The notes under the pieces: generated by a model | What the model was told of the DNA's origin: nothing | The model's input: the letters and a program-made list of their open reading frames with translations, nothing else | The model's database searches: none | Made by a program: the position numbers and the translations under genes | Virus record (IMG/VR): IMGVR_UViG_3300032244_000155 | Span: 5,306-69,305 of that record | Reading direction: 5' to 3' (one strand) | Origin: a virus | Taxonomy: Duplodnaviria > Caudoviricetes | DNA: 64,000 nucleotides | Part shown: positions 17,222 to 26,480 of the stretch, piece by piece | Numbering within the stretch: position 1 is the stretch's first letter | How the letters are laid out: the number at the start of each line of letters is the position of its first letter

Positions 17222-18685
17222 TTATAAATTTCTAGATTTTAGTTCCAAATCGATTCGTTCGAGTTCTTTCTGCGCTTCAATCATTTTCTTTTTATACATT
17301 GAACGATCATCATACATGCGCTGCATCATTGCAGGCAGAAAGCCTTGCTTGTCACGTTTAAAGTAATAGCCATTTGCAGCCATACAATATTCGCTTGATG
17401 CTTGATGTTCTCCACTCAACAAATTATCAATAGAAATATTTTTGTGTATGCCTGAAACAATAGTCTCAGGCGAAACATTGTACTGCATGATCAGATGTGG
17501 ATAAAGAGAATTCAAATCAAAAGAAACAACCCATTCATGCATACCTACAATTGGATCTTTAACATATGCACCAGCATACTGTTCGCTTTTGATTGTCTTC
17601 ACTTTTTGTGGAACAACTACACCACGATCCATCAATTCATTATGAATGAGAACATCCCACATACGAACTTGAGAGAATACATCTTCATAATTAACCTTCG
17701 CATCATATGCAAGTGCAAGAGCCATGTCAATCAATTTCATCTTAGCATCAATGCGATCAACCAATTCAACGTCATGAATGTTATACTCGATAAACTTTTG
17801 AAAGTTGGTTCGATACAATTGATGCAGATTTTCTACTTCAGAATAATCTAGTTTCTTTTCTCCTAGTTCAACGAATGAGATATGATTAAGAGAAAAACTC
17901 TCATGCTGTGCATATGTAAACTTCTTATAAAGTTCAAGATAGTCTAGCGTAGCAATCCCAGTCAATTCATAATTGACAAATGATTTCCATGAAGTACCTT
18001 CTTTCTTTGAAGTGCTAGAATTCTTTTCGCCAACCTTTCTCCAAGGCGACAATCGTTTAACTGTATTCTCTCCCATCAATCGATTAATTCGATTAACAAG
18101 ATAAGGAATATCGAAAAACTTAATATTCCAACCAGTCACAATGTCGGGCGAAGTCTCTTCCCATTTTTCTAGAAAAAACATGATTAATTGGTTTTCATCA
18201 CGGCATTGTGTATACGTTACATCATTTCGATCATTATTGAATTGATCACAACCAAACACATAAAACATTCCATCAATCTTAAATGTAATTGCTGTGATTG
18301 GTTCAGACGCAGAAGCTGGCTCAGGAAATCCATTCTCGGAGCCAACCTCAATGTCAATGTTAGCAATTCGAATTACAGAAGTGTCGTAGTCTACTTTGCC
18401 GGGATACGCTTCATTTGCATAAACGTATTGATAGTTTGTCAATCCGTAGATAGAAAAGTTGTCTACATCCTCATACCTTTTGATGAACTCATTTGCATTT
18501 GACATTGATCCCTGACGAACTGGCGAAACGAATTCGCCAGACAGAGTTTTGAACTCCGTCTTTTCTTTTGATGGTATGTATAGAGTGGGATCATAATTTA
18601 TTTTGTCTATGTGTCGTTTGCCGTTGTTGTAGCCACGAACTAGAATCTGATTGCCATATCGAGAAAAATTTGTGTAGAATTTCAT
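17222..18685 (-). CDS. 43A: DNA polymerase gp43, N-terminal subunit (43A: exonuclease and motif A)
   Basis: ExoI DIEV, ExoII GWNIKFFDIPY, ExoIII YNIHDV, motif A SFDLNSLYPH; stops within the fingers. Confidence 0.95.
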   Translation of the reverse strand: MKFYTNFSRYGNQILVRGYNNGKRHIDKINYDPTLYIPSKEKTEFKTLSGEFVSPVRQGSMSNANEFIKRYEDVDNFSIYGLTNYQYVYANEAYPGKVDYDTSVIRIANIDIEVGSENGFPEPASASEPITAITFKIDGMFYVFGCDQFNNDRNDVTYTQCRDENQLIMFFLEKWEETSPDIVTGWNIKFFDIPYLVNRINRLMGENTVKRLSPWRKVGEKNSSTSKKEGTSWKSFVNYELTGIATLDYLELYKKFTYAQHESFSLNHISFVELGEKKLDYSEVENLHQLYRTNFQKFIEYNIHDVELVDRIDAKMKLIDMALALAYDAKVNYEDVFSQVRMWDVLIHNELMDRGVVVPQKVKTIKSEQYAGAYVKDPIVGMHEWVVSFDLNSLYPHLIMQYNVSPETIVSGIHKNISIDNLLSGEHQASSEYCMAANGYYFKRDKQGFLPAMMQRMYDDRSMYKKKMIEAQKELERIDLELKSRNL

Positions 18686-18990
18686 TAAATAAGAATAGAT
18701 GATTTCGGAGGAACGACGATTCCTGCACCGTAAATTTCATTATACTTGTTTTTGATCTCTGGTGCAACAGTCACATTGTAGACAATGTGACTGAGGTTAA
18801 ATTCCACAACTTTCTGTTCCGAAAACATTAGCATAGGCATCATGTTCAATCCAGCTTTACCATTTTGCGAATACGTCAATCCTAGCAAGCAAGGATTTTC
18901 CATTCTAACGATCTGATCATTGTCACTTGCGACAACATCACCAACTACCTCTTCACTGGTAATTAGTTTCAAAATTCTCAAATTTGCCAT
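18685..18990 (-). CDS. Conserved T4-like hypothetical protein (Sm-like fold)
   Basis: LKLITSEEVVGDV..MENPC pattern; GGAGA SD before MANLR. Confidence 0.65.
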   Translation of the reverse strand: MANLRILKLITSEEVVGDVVASDNDQIVRMENPCLLGLTYSQNGKAGLNMMPMLMFSEQKVVEFNLSHIVYNVTVAPEIKNKYNEIYGAGIVVPPKSSILI

Positions 18991-19002
18991 TTTAATCTCC
19001 AA

Positions 19003-19030
19003 AATTAAATGGGGGCTTAATTGCCCCCAT
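19003..19030 (-). terminator. Terminator-like hairpin
   Basis: atgggggc/gcccccat stem (19009-19030) with a T-rich tail on the minus strand. Confidence 0.6.
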
Positions 19031-19034
19031 CGTG

Positions 19035-19097
19035 TTACTTATGTGGGAAGTTTATTTGTTCCCACTCTTCATCGGTAACAGGCCACCAAGAATTCAC
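19035..19097 (-). CDS. 20-aa micropeptide MNSWWPVTDEEWEQINFPHK
   Basis: GTG start overlaps the upstream TGA; ends 4 nt before the terminator stem. Confidence 0.5.
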   Translation of the reverse strand: MNSWWPVTDEEWEQINFPHK

Positions 19098-19261
19098 AAT
19101 AGACCTCTAGCTTTCAATTTTTTAGTTCTATATTCAAGATCAGCATGATCTATCGATTGTGATAGATAAAAATCTACATAACCTTTTGCGCGATACCTTT
19201 TACTTGTTTCAATTCCTTCAAAGATTGAAGAAAATACTTTTTTGATTGTATCATAAACCAT
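19094..19261 (-). CDS. 55-aa protein resembling DUF3563
   Basis: Hand translation ending YLSQSIDHADLEYRTKKLKARGLL; overlaps the Hsp20 stop; family recalled, not searched. Confidence 0.6.
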   Translation of the reverse strand: MVYDTIKKVFSSIFEGIETSKRYRAKGYVDFYLSQSIDHADLEYRTKKLKARGLL

Positions 19262-19751
19262 GATTGCTATTCTCTGTTAGATACTGTTTCGAATTAGACT
19301 TTGAAGCAGAATCACCAATAGCAATTTTCTTTGGCTTGCGGTGTTCAGGAATAATCCTTTCTAAGAACACTTTCAACATGCCATTAAACATTTCTGCATT
19401 CTTTACCTCAATCTGATCATTGAGTGCAAATGTGCGAGAGAATGCGCGATTAGCGATTCCTTTAAACAAGAAACCTTCCGATTCATCTGACTTTGCATTT
19501 CCACTAACGATAAGTTTCCCATCATTTAGTTCAATTTCAATATCTTGCGTCCCGAAACCAGCAACAGCAATTTCAATAAGATAGGTATTCTCACCTGTCT
19601 TTTTGATATTGTATGGAGGATAGTTTGGTACATTTTTTGTAATATCGTCATGCATTTTTGCTAAACGATTATACTGATCATCGAATCCGACATAAAACTT
19701 GTCGAAGTCTTTAAACATTTCAAATGGCGAGCGAAGAGACAAATGTGTCAT
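19251..19751 (-). CDS. hsp20: Small heat-shock protein (Hsp20/IbpA-like)
   Basis: NYPPYNI, EIAVAGF, GIANRAFSRTF, NGML. Confidence 0.95.
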   Translation of the reverse strand: MTHLSLRSPFEMFKDFDKFYVGFDDQYNRLAKMHDDITKNVPNYPPYNIKKTGENTYLIEIAVAGFGTQDIEIELNDGKLIVSGNAKSDESEGFLFKGIANRAFSRTFALNDQIEVKNAEMFNGMLKVFLERIIPEHRKPKKIAIGDSASKSNSKQYLTENSNHGL

Positions 19752-19811
19752 AGTAGTTCTCCTTAAATAAGCGAGTTAAATTTCGTTGTCCTATAAAGGC
19801 ACAACTAATTG

Positions 19812-19841
19812 AAAAAGTGTCAGCAACGTGCTGACACTTTT
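19812..19841 (-). terminator. Rho-independent terminator
   Basis: aaaagtgtcagca/tgctgacactttt stem after the 19853 stop. Confidence 0.75.
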
Positions 19842-19848
19842 ATTTATA
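19841..19848 (-). promoter_or_regulatory. Late promoter TATAAATA for hsp20
   Basis: Exact match directly abutting the terminator stem. Confidence 0.7.
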
Positions 19849-19852
19849 CAGA

Positions 19853-20080
19853 TTAGACCTGACCAACCTTACGTCGAGACACAAAATATACAGTATTGCC
19901 AACGGTATTAATGTCGCGGCGAACTTTAAATCCAGCTTTACGAAGATCGCTGATTCGTGCGCTTAGATTTTTGATTCCAAAGATTGCCATTGCTTGTGCT
20001 GCAGAGATTCCGCGCTTTGTGCCACGAAGATACTTGACGAGCAACTGAACTTGGGTTTTGGTTGAATTTACGAAAGCCAT
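19853..20080 (-). CDS. Small winged-HTH DNA-binding protein
   Basis: ISAAQAMAIFGIKNLSARISDLRKAGF; has its own sigma70 promoter; GAGG SD. Confidence 0.75.
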   Translation of the reverse strand: MAFVNSTKTQVQLLVKYLRGTKRGISAAQAMAIFGIKNLSARISDLRKAGFKVRRDINTVGNTVYFVSRRKVGQV

Positions 20081-20134
20081 AATGTTACCTCATAGTTAAA
20101 AATAAAAGTGCTTTTAATTTCCTAAGCACAAAGG

Positions 20135-20163
20135 ATCATATCACGAAGGATATTCTTTGTCAA
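20135..20163 (-). promoter_or_regulatory. sigma70 promoter with extended -10
   Basis: TTGACA-17 bp-TATGAT, with TGn before the -10. Confidence 0.8.
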
Positions 20164-20164
20164 A

Positions 20165-20599
20165 TCAACGTAACGCGGATCTAATCATCCAGGCATGTTT
20201 CTTGAATGCGTCTTGCCGTTCTGCCACGAAATTGCTAAGGCCATGCTCACCTTGCTGTTCAGCTAGATTATAAACTCTATCAATACTTGCTTGCATCGTA
20301 TCAATATCATTAAGCAATCTTCTTAGCATCTCTTCTGAAACTGGAACGGAATCATCACCTTGAATTTGAGATAGCTGAATGAATCGTTGAAAACTTCCTG
20401 GAGCATATGCATTCATTGCACGAATTTCTTCAGCAATCTGATCTACTACTTCATACACTTCTGTATAGATATTTTCTAGAAATTCATGATATTGTGGAAA
20501 GTTTGGACCTGTAACATTCCAATGATAGTAGTGGGCTTTTAAATAAAATGAATAGTGATTAGCCAACAAAATTTTAGTTGCTTGAATTAACTCTTCCAT
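20165..20599 (-). CDS. dps: Dps / mini-ferritin
   Basis: KAHYYHWNVTGPNFPQYHEFLE..DQIAEEIR ferroxidase signature; KHAWMI. Confidence 0.92.
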   Translation of the reverse strand: MEELIQATKILLANHYSFYLKAHYYHWNVTGPNFPQYHEFLENIYTEVYEVVDQIAEEIRAMNAYAPGSFQRFIQLSQIQGDDSVPVSEEMLRRLLNDIDTMQASIDRVYNLAEQQGEHGLSNFVAERQDAFKKHAWMIRSALR

Positions 20600-20600
20600 T

Positions 20601-21011
20601 TTAGTTTGCTTCCCGTTTTTTTCCAATGTTATATTTAGCTGTAAGAGTCCACTCAGACTTTTCTTTGTAAGAAATTATTTTGATTTGAGATAGAGGAGCA
20701 ACTGGTTGTTGTTCTAAAGCTACTTTATTAACAATCTCAATCAATCCCCATTCAACTAGAAGTTTAGCAATTGCATTTCTTCTTCCCAAATCATTTTCTT
20801 CAAAGTCTGTTGGCTTTCCGTCTAATGCAAATAGTTCTTTAAAGTGGACGATATAGTATCTACCTTTCTTGTGTAGAATATGACAAGACTGATATAGAGT
20901 TTTATCTTTCCTAGAAGCCACGCCGATTCTAGTCAATGTCTCTTTAACCTTTAAGAAATCGTCTTCTTGCTTTAATCTGACTTCCAATAAATCATCAATG
21001 TTCACCGCCAT
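20601..21011 (-). CDS. regA: Translational repressor RegA
   Basis: DFLKVKETLTRIGVAS..LYQSCHILHK.GRYYIVHFKELFALDG. Confidence 0.96.
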   Translation of the reverse strand: MAVNIDDLLEVRLKQEDDFLKVKETLTRIGVASRKDKTLYQSCHILHKKGRYYIVHFKELFALDGKPTDFEENDLGRRNAIAKLLVEWGLIEIVNKVALEQQPVAPLSQIKIISYKEKSEWTLTAKYNIGKKREAN

Positions 21012-21405
21012 TCTTTTTCTCCTTGGTTGTTTTCACACCACCTTTTTCTAATCTAGTCTTCATGATTTTTAATTGATCCGGAGTAATGATATTCTGAATT
21101 TGTTTCGCTTTAGAATAGCTGTATCCGAAGTATTCGCTAATTACGCGAATGTCTTCAATTACCTCATTTTTAAACCACTTGCTGTAACGCTTTCGTGGTC
21201 TGACAATATTTAGTAAATAGAGAAATTGTGGTTTATTATCAAGAAGATGTTTACTATTCATTTCATTTGCATAGAAGACGGTATCACTAAAGTATGATAA
21301 GCCTTTGTTTACAATGAAAGGAACGTATTCTTTTTCTGAAAGATCGTCAACAATCAAGTTTTCTTTTGATTGATTGATTGCGTTTATGTAATCAAATGGA
21401 GTCAT
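20995..21405 (-). CDS. 62: Clamp loader small subunit gp62
   Basis: PFDYINAIN, YVPFIVNKGLSYF.DT..YANEMN; upstream of regA. Confidence 0.9.
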   Translation of the reverse strand: MTPFDYINAINQSKENLIVDDLSEKEYVPFIVNKGLSYFSDTVFYANEMNSKHLLDNKPQFLYLLNIVRPRKRYSKWFKNEVIEDIRVISEYFGYSYSKAKQIQNIITPDQLKIMKTRLEKGGVKTTKEKKNGGEH

Positions 21406-21406
21406 A

Positions 21407-21883
21407 TTAATATTTAGAAGTATTATACTTCATCATCTCGTTTATTGCATAGTCATCAATCTTATGTATTCTAGCGACTGCATCTTGTTCAATTGGAATT
21501 AAAAGCATTTCGCGAAATGTTCCGTCACCCCGAGGAACTTTCTTTGTTTTGCATTTAAATGTTTTTGGATCTACGCTATAGAGCCAACCAGTCAAATCAG
21601 ATTTAAACTTAAATGCTGGAATAGTAACGAAATACAATTCATCAACATATCTACATTTATCCAATTGAGACCTATGAACCGAGAATGCTCGCTCAGAGAT
21701 AAATGGAACTCCAGTCTTTACTTCGACAGTTTTTTTGCCATCGACAAGTAAATCTTTTCTTGAATCGAACTTATCCAATGAATGTTTTACTACACGATTG
21801 TTTTCTGCAAGATAGTTAGCAACATATTTTTCGCCAATCAATCCTAATGCTTCAATTTTCTGCTCAGTTGTCATGTATTGCAT
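21407..21883 (-). CDS. Putative PD-(D/E)xK nuclease between genes 44 and 62
   Basis: GLIGEKYV..KDLLVDG..VEVKT. Confidence 0.55.
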   Translation of the reverse strand: MQYMTTEQKIEALGLIGEKYVANYLAENNRVVKHSLDKFDSRKDLLVDGKKTVEVKTGVPFISERAFSVHRSQLDKCRYVDELYFVTIPAFKFKSDLTGWLYSVDPKTFKCKTKKVPRGDGTFREMLLIPIEQDAVARIHKIDDYAINEMMKYNTSKY

Positions 21884-21895
21884 GATATACTACCT

Positions 21896-22834
21896 TCACT
21901 TAAATTCGCAATCAGCCATTGCTTCTGCAAGGAATGCTACGAAATTAACTTCTTGATCAGCAACAAATGCTGATTTGTATTGATACTCTGCAAGCAGAAC
22001 AATCATTCGAGGAATAGATCTCGGCTGCATATGCTCATTGGTTGCATCGAAAATCTTTCGAAACAATGACGTTGGATCATTGTCTAAATTCTCCGCAACC
22101 CATTTACGCATGGCAGTGAAGTCTTTTTCTTTAAGAGTTTCTACAAGTTTCTTAAAGTTGTCTGCTGACATGTTTGAAAGAATGCCAGTATCAATTTTAC
22201 CAGTTGCAGCATAACGCTGCAGTTCATTTAGAACCCTACGCCAATCTGGAAAGTATTTTGTAATTAACTCTGCAATCACCCGCTCCTCATATTCTACTTT
22301 TTCTTGTTGTAGAATACCAATAACTCGCTTTAGAAACTTTGTTGCAAGTTTAGCACGATTGCCATTTACAATCTTGAATTGGACAACTGAACACCGACTA
22401 TGTAGTGGTGCAATAATTCTGTTGAGAAAATTACAAGTGAGAATAAAACCGCAATTAGCAGAAAACTCTTCCATAAAGTTTCGCAATGCTGGCTGAGTAG
22501 AATTCGGATTAAGGTAATCTGCTTCATCAAGAATGACATACTTTCTTCCGCCAGTAAACGAAACTGACGAAGCAAAATTCTGAATCTGATTTCGAAGAGT
22601 GTCAATATTTCCATTCATCGATCCATTAATTACAATGTAGGTGCATCCAATTTCTTCAAGCATTGCCTTTGCTACAGTAGTCTTACCTACACCCGGACCA
22701 CCAGCAAGAATTAGATTAGGAACGCTCTTATCGTCAACAAATTTCTGAAATGCAGTTTTAAGGTCTGGAGGAAGAATTGTATCTTCCACAGTCTTTGGTC
22801 TATATTTTTCGACCCAGAGGAAATCTTCTAACAT
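21896..22834 (-). CDS. 44: Clamp loader large subunit gp44
   Basis: LWVEKYRP, GPGVGKTT, ILDEAD, SRC. Confidence 0.96.
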   Translation of the reverse strand: MLEDFLWVEKYRPKTVEDTILPPDLKTAFQKFVDDKSVPNLILAGGPGVGKTTVAKAMLEEIGCTYIVINGSMNGNIDTLRNQIQNFASSVSFTGGRKYVILDEADYLNPNSTQPALRNFMEEFSANCGFILTCNFLNRIIAPLHSRCSVVQFKIVNGNRAKLATKFLKRVIGILQQEKVEYEERVIAELITKYFPDWRRVLNELQRYAATGKIDTGILSNMSADNFKKLVETLKEKDFTAMRKWVAENLDNDPTSLFRKIFDATNEHMQPRSIPRMIVLLAEYQYKSAFVADQEVNFVAFLAEAMADCEFK

Positions 22835-22900
22835 AGTTCGCCTTATTCATAATATAAAGAAGCATGATAACACAACCGATGCTATCATGCAAGAACGGCA

Positions 22901-23176
22901 TCACTTACCAGTCACGGTTTCATATAGAGATTCAACATCCTCTTGCTCTTTTTGAAATTGTGCAAAGTTTTGTTTGTGAAAAAACTTTGCAACTTTCCGC
23001 GTATACTTTTTAGGAATCTCGTAATTGTCTTCCACGGTTTGTAGAATGTCTTTAATCAAATCACGCTCGGCTTCCATGCGAGTTAGTGAAGATGAAATTT
23101 CATTCAATGCATCATTGATTTTTTTCAAATCAGCAGGTGAAGTTGGAAGTGCCCAGTTTTGATTCTTATTGCTCAT
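22901..23176 (-). CDS. DsbA-like dsDNA-binding protein
   Basis: Coiled-coil EISSSLTRMEAERDLIKDI..KVAKFFHKQNF pattern of T4 DsbA/GapR-like proteins. Confidence 0.65.
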   Translation of the reverse strand: MSNKNQNWALPTSPADLKKINDALNEISSSLTRMEAERDLIKDILQTVEDNYEIPKKYTRKVAKFFHKQNFAQFQKEQEDVESLYETVTGK

Positions 23177-23182
23177 AATATA

Positions 23183-23854
23183 TTAACCCTCGTATTTAGA
23201 ACCAGCTTCAGTCGCAAGCCAATATTCAATTGGACTTGTTGTATTTTTAAAATGGGAGATACCCTTTGATGAAATTTGAACATCATATGTTCCGGGAGTC
23301 ATTTTAAGATTCTCTGTATTAAAGATGATTTTAAACTTTGCTTTAGTGTCACCAACTTTAATTGAAAATAGATCGGAGTCGCCATTCTTTGCATCAGTTG
23401 TGCAAACTACAATCTCCGATCCATCACCAACAACAGCAATGTTTGGAAGTGCGAGCATACCAGCCAGCTTTAGAACCTTTGCATAGTTGTCTGCAGACAA
23501 TTGAAATTTAATTTCTGCATTCTCTACTTTTAATTCTTTTGACGGAGGAGCAACAATCAATGATTCATCAGAAAGACCATAGACGCATTTCGAAGTTCCA
23601 GAATTGATTTGAACCTTTTTCGTTTCAGCATTGAAAACAATATCTGGATTGTCTAGAGCAGACACTACAGATAAGAATCGATTCATATCATAGATTACGA
23701 AATCGGAATCAAATGTCTCAGAGACAGTTGCTTTACCCAAAACGTTTTGTTGTTTCGATACTGTTCGAACAATGTTTCCAGCTTTGAATTGCATACCAGG
23801 ATTAATGTTTGCAAAATTTCGCAAAATATTAATCGTATTTTCACTTAGTTTCAT
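23183..23854 (-). CDS. 45: Sliding clamp gp45
   Basis: MKLSENTINILRNFANIN, IYDMNRFL, position upstream of 44. Confidence 0.93.
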   Translation of the reverse strand: MKLSENTINILRNFANINPGMQFKAGNIVRTVSKQQNVLGKATVSETFDSDFVIYDMNRFLSVVSALDNPDIVFNAETKKVQINSGTSKCVYGLSDESLIVAPPSKELKVENAEIKFQLSADNYAKVLKLAGMLALPNIAVVGDGSEIVVCTTDAKNGDSDLFSIKVGDTKAKFKIIFNTENLKMTPGTYDVQISSKGISHFKNTTSPIEYWLATEAGSKYEG

Positions 23855-24213
23855 TTTATAGTTTCCTCTTTAAATTTAATCGTCATAGAGCCATTACTAT
23901 CCTGGTATTGCATCGGATTAGTTAGAGTGGAAAAAGTAGACTTTTTCTTTTCTTCTTGTTCATGGACATGAAGCATCATAATAGCATAGTGAATGATTTT
24001 CATCAAGTCTTTCTTGTTCCGTCCATCTTTCTTACCATATCGCTGTGCATACTTGAAAATATTTCCAATACAGAATCCTTCACCGTGACCAGCATCAATG
24101 ATGAATTCTGTAGCCTGGAATTTATTTTGCGAATAGTGCTGACCGTATGTCGCATCAATATAAGACTTCAGATCCTCCAAAGTCTTATCTTCATTATATC
24201 GATATTGAATCAT
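23851..24213 (-). CDS. DUF3310-like protein (putative nucleotide kinase/phosphotransferase family)
   Basis: YGQHY..GFCIGNIFKYAQRYGKK..DLMKIIHY. Confidence 0.7.
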   Translation of the reverse strand: MIQYRYNEDKTLEDLKSYIDATYGQHYSQNKFQATEFIIDAGHGEGFCIGNIFKYAQRYGKKDGRNKKDLMKIIHYAIMMLHVHEQEEKKKSTFSTLTNPMQYQDSNGSMTIKFKEETIK

Positions 24214-25082
24214 AGTGGCTTTCGTTTTCCTTTCGATCCGATTTCTTTCTTGACAACATCTTCACCTGCGGTTGGCGAAGCACCAATTGCTGCAATTGCT
24301 TGCAATGAACCACCGAAGATATAGGTGCCAGCATGTTTGAGTTTGATCCAAGGCAATAGCCAAACTTTAGCACCAGCTTTACGAACCCATTGACAGAACA
24401 TATAATCTTCTGACAAATAACGCTTAGACTCTGGATCAATAACGCAATCAAAGTAAGCCATGATTTCGCGAGAGCCATCAAAATTAACTGTACGAACATG
24501 ATCAGGTTTATAACTCTGCTCTGGAAACGCTGCATCATATTTTTCTAATGCTTCGCGGGTGATTAGCATAAAGCCAGTGCCACCTTCTTTCACTTCGACT
24601 GGCTGATCGATTCTAAACTGATTCGATCCATCTGCTGGATTGAAAACGTAGTCGCCAACGAATTCTTCCAATTGATTTGGATTCTCATCAGCAAACCCTT
24701 TATCAACTGCCATTTTGATTTTCTCCCAAGAAATTGCTTTCTTAGGATAGGGACCACAAAGAACATCCATGTCATTTCCAGTCGATGCAAAATGCATCAT
24801 TACCAAAATATCTTGGGCTTCGAAATGAATGTCCGAGTCAATGAACATCATATAATCATAACCACTTCGAACGAATTCATCTGTAAGATAATTTCTTGCT
24901 CGCTGTACAAGTGATTCATTGAAGATAAAAAACAATTTAGCTTCGATTCCATACTTGGTGCATAGGATCATAAGATCAGAAATTGCTTTAGTATATGAAC
25001 CATGACATTGCCCACCGTACATAGGTGTAGCAATGAATAGTTTTTTGGTTCTTAGTTTTTGTAGGTCAAGTTCAAATTGCAT
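24210..25082 (-). CDS. GT-A fold glycosyltransferase-like protein
   Basis: FIATPMYGG, FIDSDI (DxD), GTGFMLI, YLSEDYMFC. Confidence 0.75.
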   Translation of the reverse strand: MQFELDLQKLRTKKLFIATPMYGGQCHGSYTKAISDLMILCTKYGIEAKLFFIFNESLVQRARNYLTDEFVRSGYDYMMFIDSDIHFEAQDILVMMHFASTGNDMDVLCGPYPKKAISWEKIKMAVDKGFADENPNQLEEFVGDYVFNPADGSNQFRIDQPVEVKEGGTGFMLITREALEKYDAAFPEQSYKPDHVRTVNFDGSREIMAYFDCVIDPESKRYLSEDYMFCQWVRKAGAKVWLLPWIKLKHAGTYIFGGSLQAIAAIGASPTAGEDVVKKEIGSKGKRKPL

Positions 25083-25130
25083 AATATCTCCATACTATTT
25101 TGTAAAAAGTGAATCATCTATTATATGTAT

Positions 25131-25159
25131 AAAAAAAGAGGCTATTTTTCATAGCCTCT
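25131..25159 (-). terminator. Rho-independent terminator
   Basis: agaggctat/atagcctct stem plus T7 on the minus strand. Confidence 0.8.
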
Positions 25160-25182
25160 AAGGCATTACTGCCGGGAGAAAA

Positions 25183-26406
25183 TTAACTCTGTGGGAATTG
25201 GTCGGTACCCTGAGGAACCTGCGGAGCAGGAGCAACTTCGACCTTAGCATCAATTTTGCTATACAGGTCAAGGAATGCAGTCTTGGACTCTGCATCAAAG
25301 CGGTTCACGCAATACTTGATCGCCTCGAGTTTATCACCGAAGATAGTGTACGCTTCTGCGATATGCACCAGACGGCGAGTGGAAATCAATTCATCAATTG
25401 CACCCTCTTCGAAGGTCTTGCGAATGATATCAGCCCACTTGACTAGGTTGTCTGCAAACTCTTTGTCTGCGATACCAAGACTATCAAACACTTTCACTAG
25501 AATGCGAGTCTCGACCTTAGTGTCTGCATACTCTTGCTCAACGGTGATTGGGAACCGCTCTAGGAATGCATCATCAAGAATCGTCGCTGCCATGTAGCGA
25601 CCAGTTTCATCACCTTTACCTTTTGTGTTGGCAGTGGCGATCACATTGAAACCAGCAACTGGTTCGACAAATTCACCAGTCTTTTTAACGAAGATACCTT
25701 TACCTTCAAGGACTGCTTGCAGACACATCAGTTTGTTGGAACCACGATCAATTTCATCAAGGATGAGAATCGCACCAGACTTCATAGCCTGCAGGACAGG
25801 ACCATCAAACCAGCGAGTCTCGCCGTCAATCAAACGGAAGCCACCGATCAGATCATCTTCATCGGTCTCTGGAGAAATGTTCACTCGCAAGCATTCGGTC
25901 CGAGTAGCAGCACAAGCCTGTTCGACCATCAATGTCTTACCGTTACCAGACAAGCCAGAAACGAAGACTGGATAGAACCGCTTCGAAGAAACAATTTTCT
26001 TCATATGGTCAAAGAACCCGAACGGAACGAACAGTGGATTCACTTTAGGCACAATTGCGCCGTCTTGAATCCGAGCGACGGTAGAAATTTTAACTGGTGC
26101 TTTTTGAGCCACTGGCATCACCGCTGGTGCATGTGGTTCATATACAACCACGGATTCTGGGACTGAAACAACTTTAGGAGCTGACATCGGCACAACGTTG
26201 GAGATACCAGCAAGGCTTACACCGTACTCCTCAAGCGGAAGACGGTAGGTGCCGCGATCGACCCGATACTCGTCGGATTTAACCCAATTATTACGAGCCC
26301 AGCCTTCTTCGGCCATGGACACTAACTGCTGTCGGGTTACAACAGCACCGAAACGGCGAGCAGCTTCAGTAAGAAAAGCAACCTTGTCGTTTTTCGAAAT
26401 GGTCAT
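25183..26406 (-). CDS. MoxR/CobS-like AAA+ ATPase
   Basis: GLSGNGKT, ILDEIDRG, ATAN, LDDAFLERF, ISTRRL. Confidence 0.9.
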   Translation of the reverse strand: MTISKNDKVAFLTEAARRFGAVVTRQQLVSMAEEGWARNNWVKSDEYRVDRGTYRLPLEEYGVSLAGISNVVPMSAPKVVSVPESVVVYEPHAPAVMPVAQKAPVKISTVARIQDGAIVPKVNPLFVPFGFFDHMKKIVSSKRFYPVFVSGLSGNGKTLMVEQACAATRTECLRVNISPETDEDDLIGGFRLIDGETRWFDGPVLQAMKSGAILILDEIDRGSNKLMCLQAVLEGKGIFVKKTGEFVEPVAGFNVIATANTKGKGDETGRYMAATILDDAFLERFPITVEQEYADTKVETRILVKVFDSLGIADKEFADNLVKWADIIRKTFEEGAIDELISTRRLVHIAEAYTIFGDKLEAIKYCVNRFDAESKTAFLDLYSKIDAKVEVAPAPQVPQGTDQFPQS

Positions 26407-26451
26407 GATATAGAAACCTCAAAAAAATCAGAAAAATCAATCAACACAATC

Positions 26452-26480
26452 AGTCTACTCTGGTTTGGGTAGGCTGTCAA
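26452..26480 (-). promoter_or_regulatory. Early sigma70 promoter
   Basis: TTGACA-17 bp-TAGACT; the -35 contains the upstream TGA stop. Confidence 0.75.
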
